A stretch of 64,000 nucleotides of DNA, taken from contig NW_026576328.1 in NCBI RefSeq assembly GCF_028641065.1, positions 1 through 64,000 on the forward strand, in the 5' to 3' direction. The notes beneath the pieces are model-generated. The model had not been told where the DNA came from. It did not search any database and saw only the letters and a list, made by a program, of their open reading frames with translations. This document shows, one piece after another, positions 63,113 through 64,000 of this stretch (the stretch's first letter is position 1; each line of letters opens with the position of its first letter). This stretch comes from Leucoraja erinacea (Eukaryota). Position numbers and translations under genes: made by a program.

Positions 63113-63477
63113 ATCAGCTTTCATCTATATTTCTATAATAAAATTCTAATATTGATGTGTATTTATTTGTGTGTGATGTTTGTGTGTACTCACATTTTCT
63201 CGAAAATACGACACACTAATGGTAACATTTTTACATATTCCGTTAGAGATTTTCCTCCTGGAGTCCAAAACAGCTTATCTGAAAAATTCATGCTTTATTT
63301 CTAGAGTTATTTATGAAAATGTTCACAAATCCGATAAAACTTTGAAAATAAATGAGATGGTCTTGCTGATGACGTCACAATGGATCTTCTGCGCATGATC
63401 TGCGCTGCGTTCCACGCACTGCGAGTGACGTCACACCTCCCCCCCGCCCAACTCGCAGTCGTTTGGTTGACACCCGC

Positions 63478-63709
63478 TGCCCCGCTCTTCCCCACTGCCC
63501 CTCTTTTGGCTCTCCCCCTCCTCTCTCACAAGCCCAAATCTCCGCTCCTCTCTCCCCCTCCTCGCTCTCCCCTCCTTTCCCCCTCCTCCTCCTCTCCCTT
63601 CCTCTCCCCCTCCTCTCTCTACCCTACTTCTCTCTCTCCCCTTTTTTTGCCTCCTCTCTCTTAGGTCGCTCCTCCTCCTCACGGTCACTCCCCTCCCCTC
63701 TCCTCCCTG
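63478..63709. repeat. Polypyrimidine low-complexity tract
   Basis: CT-rich run leading into the gap. Confidence 0.9.
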
Positions 63710-63904
63710 NNNNNNNNNNNNNNNNNNNNNNNNNNNNNNNNNNNNNNNNNNNNNNNNNNNNNNNNNNNNNNNNNNNNNNNNNNNNNNNNNNNNNNNNNNN
63801 NNNNNNNNNNNNNNNNNNNNNNNNNNNNNNNNNNNNNNNNNNNNNNNNNNNNNNNNNNNNNNNNNNNNNNNNNNNNNNNNNNNNNNNNNNNNNNNNNNNN
63901 NNNN
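63710..63904. other. Assembly gap (195 N)
   Basis: Run of N. Confidence 1.
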
Positions 63905-64000
63905 CTTTTGTGAAATCACCCTATAATTAAAGAAAGGATAATGCTGACTGATCGTGCACAATTGTGACGGCTTGATTTCAAAGACAGGACAGGGACATTC

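Overview
Eukaryotic, repeat-dominated window from a cartilaginous fish, probably a skate or ray. This is inferred from the HE1/V-SINEs, CR1 families and gene families present; there are no prokaryotic features. Most of it is retroelement debris: several CR1 LINE families (one near full-length, 9850-14500), two internally deleted Tx1-clade LINEs that both sit in (GA)n tracts, L2, Rex1/Babar, Penelope-derived elements with hammerhead-like cores, and probable DIRS and BEL/Pao fragments. Three host gene families sit among these repeats. (1) Two-exon GPR139-like class A GPCRs: one intact gene (exon 1 48879-48810, exon 2 44751-43841, 326 aa), one pseudogene, and three orphan, truncated or degraded exon-1 copies. 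(2) A non-classical MHC class I-like pseudogene with a candidate leader and alpha2 and alpha3 exons, but no recognisable alpha1 or TM exon. (3) Three copies plus one fragment of a C2H2 zinc-finger gene. The 25-61 kb interval is a mosaic of recent direct and inverted segmental duplications, and there are two N gaps. All alignments were done by eye; repeat boundaries are approximate.
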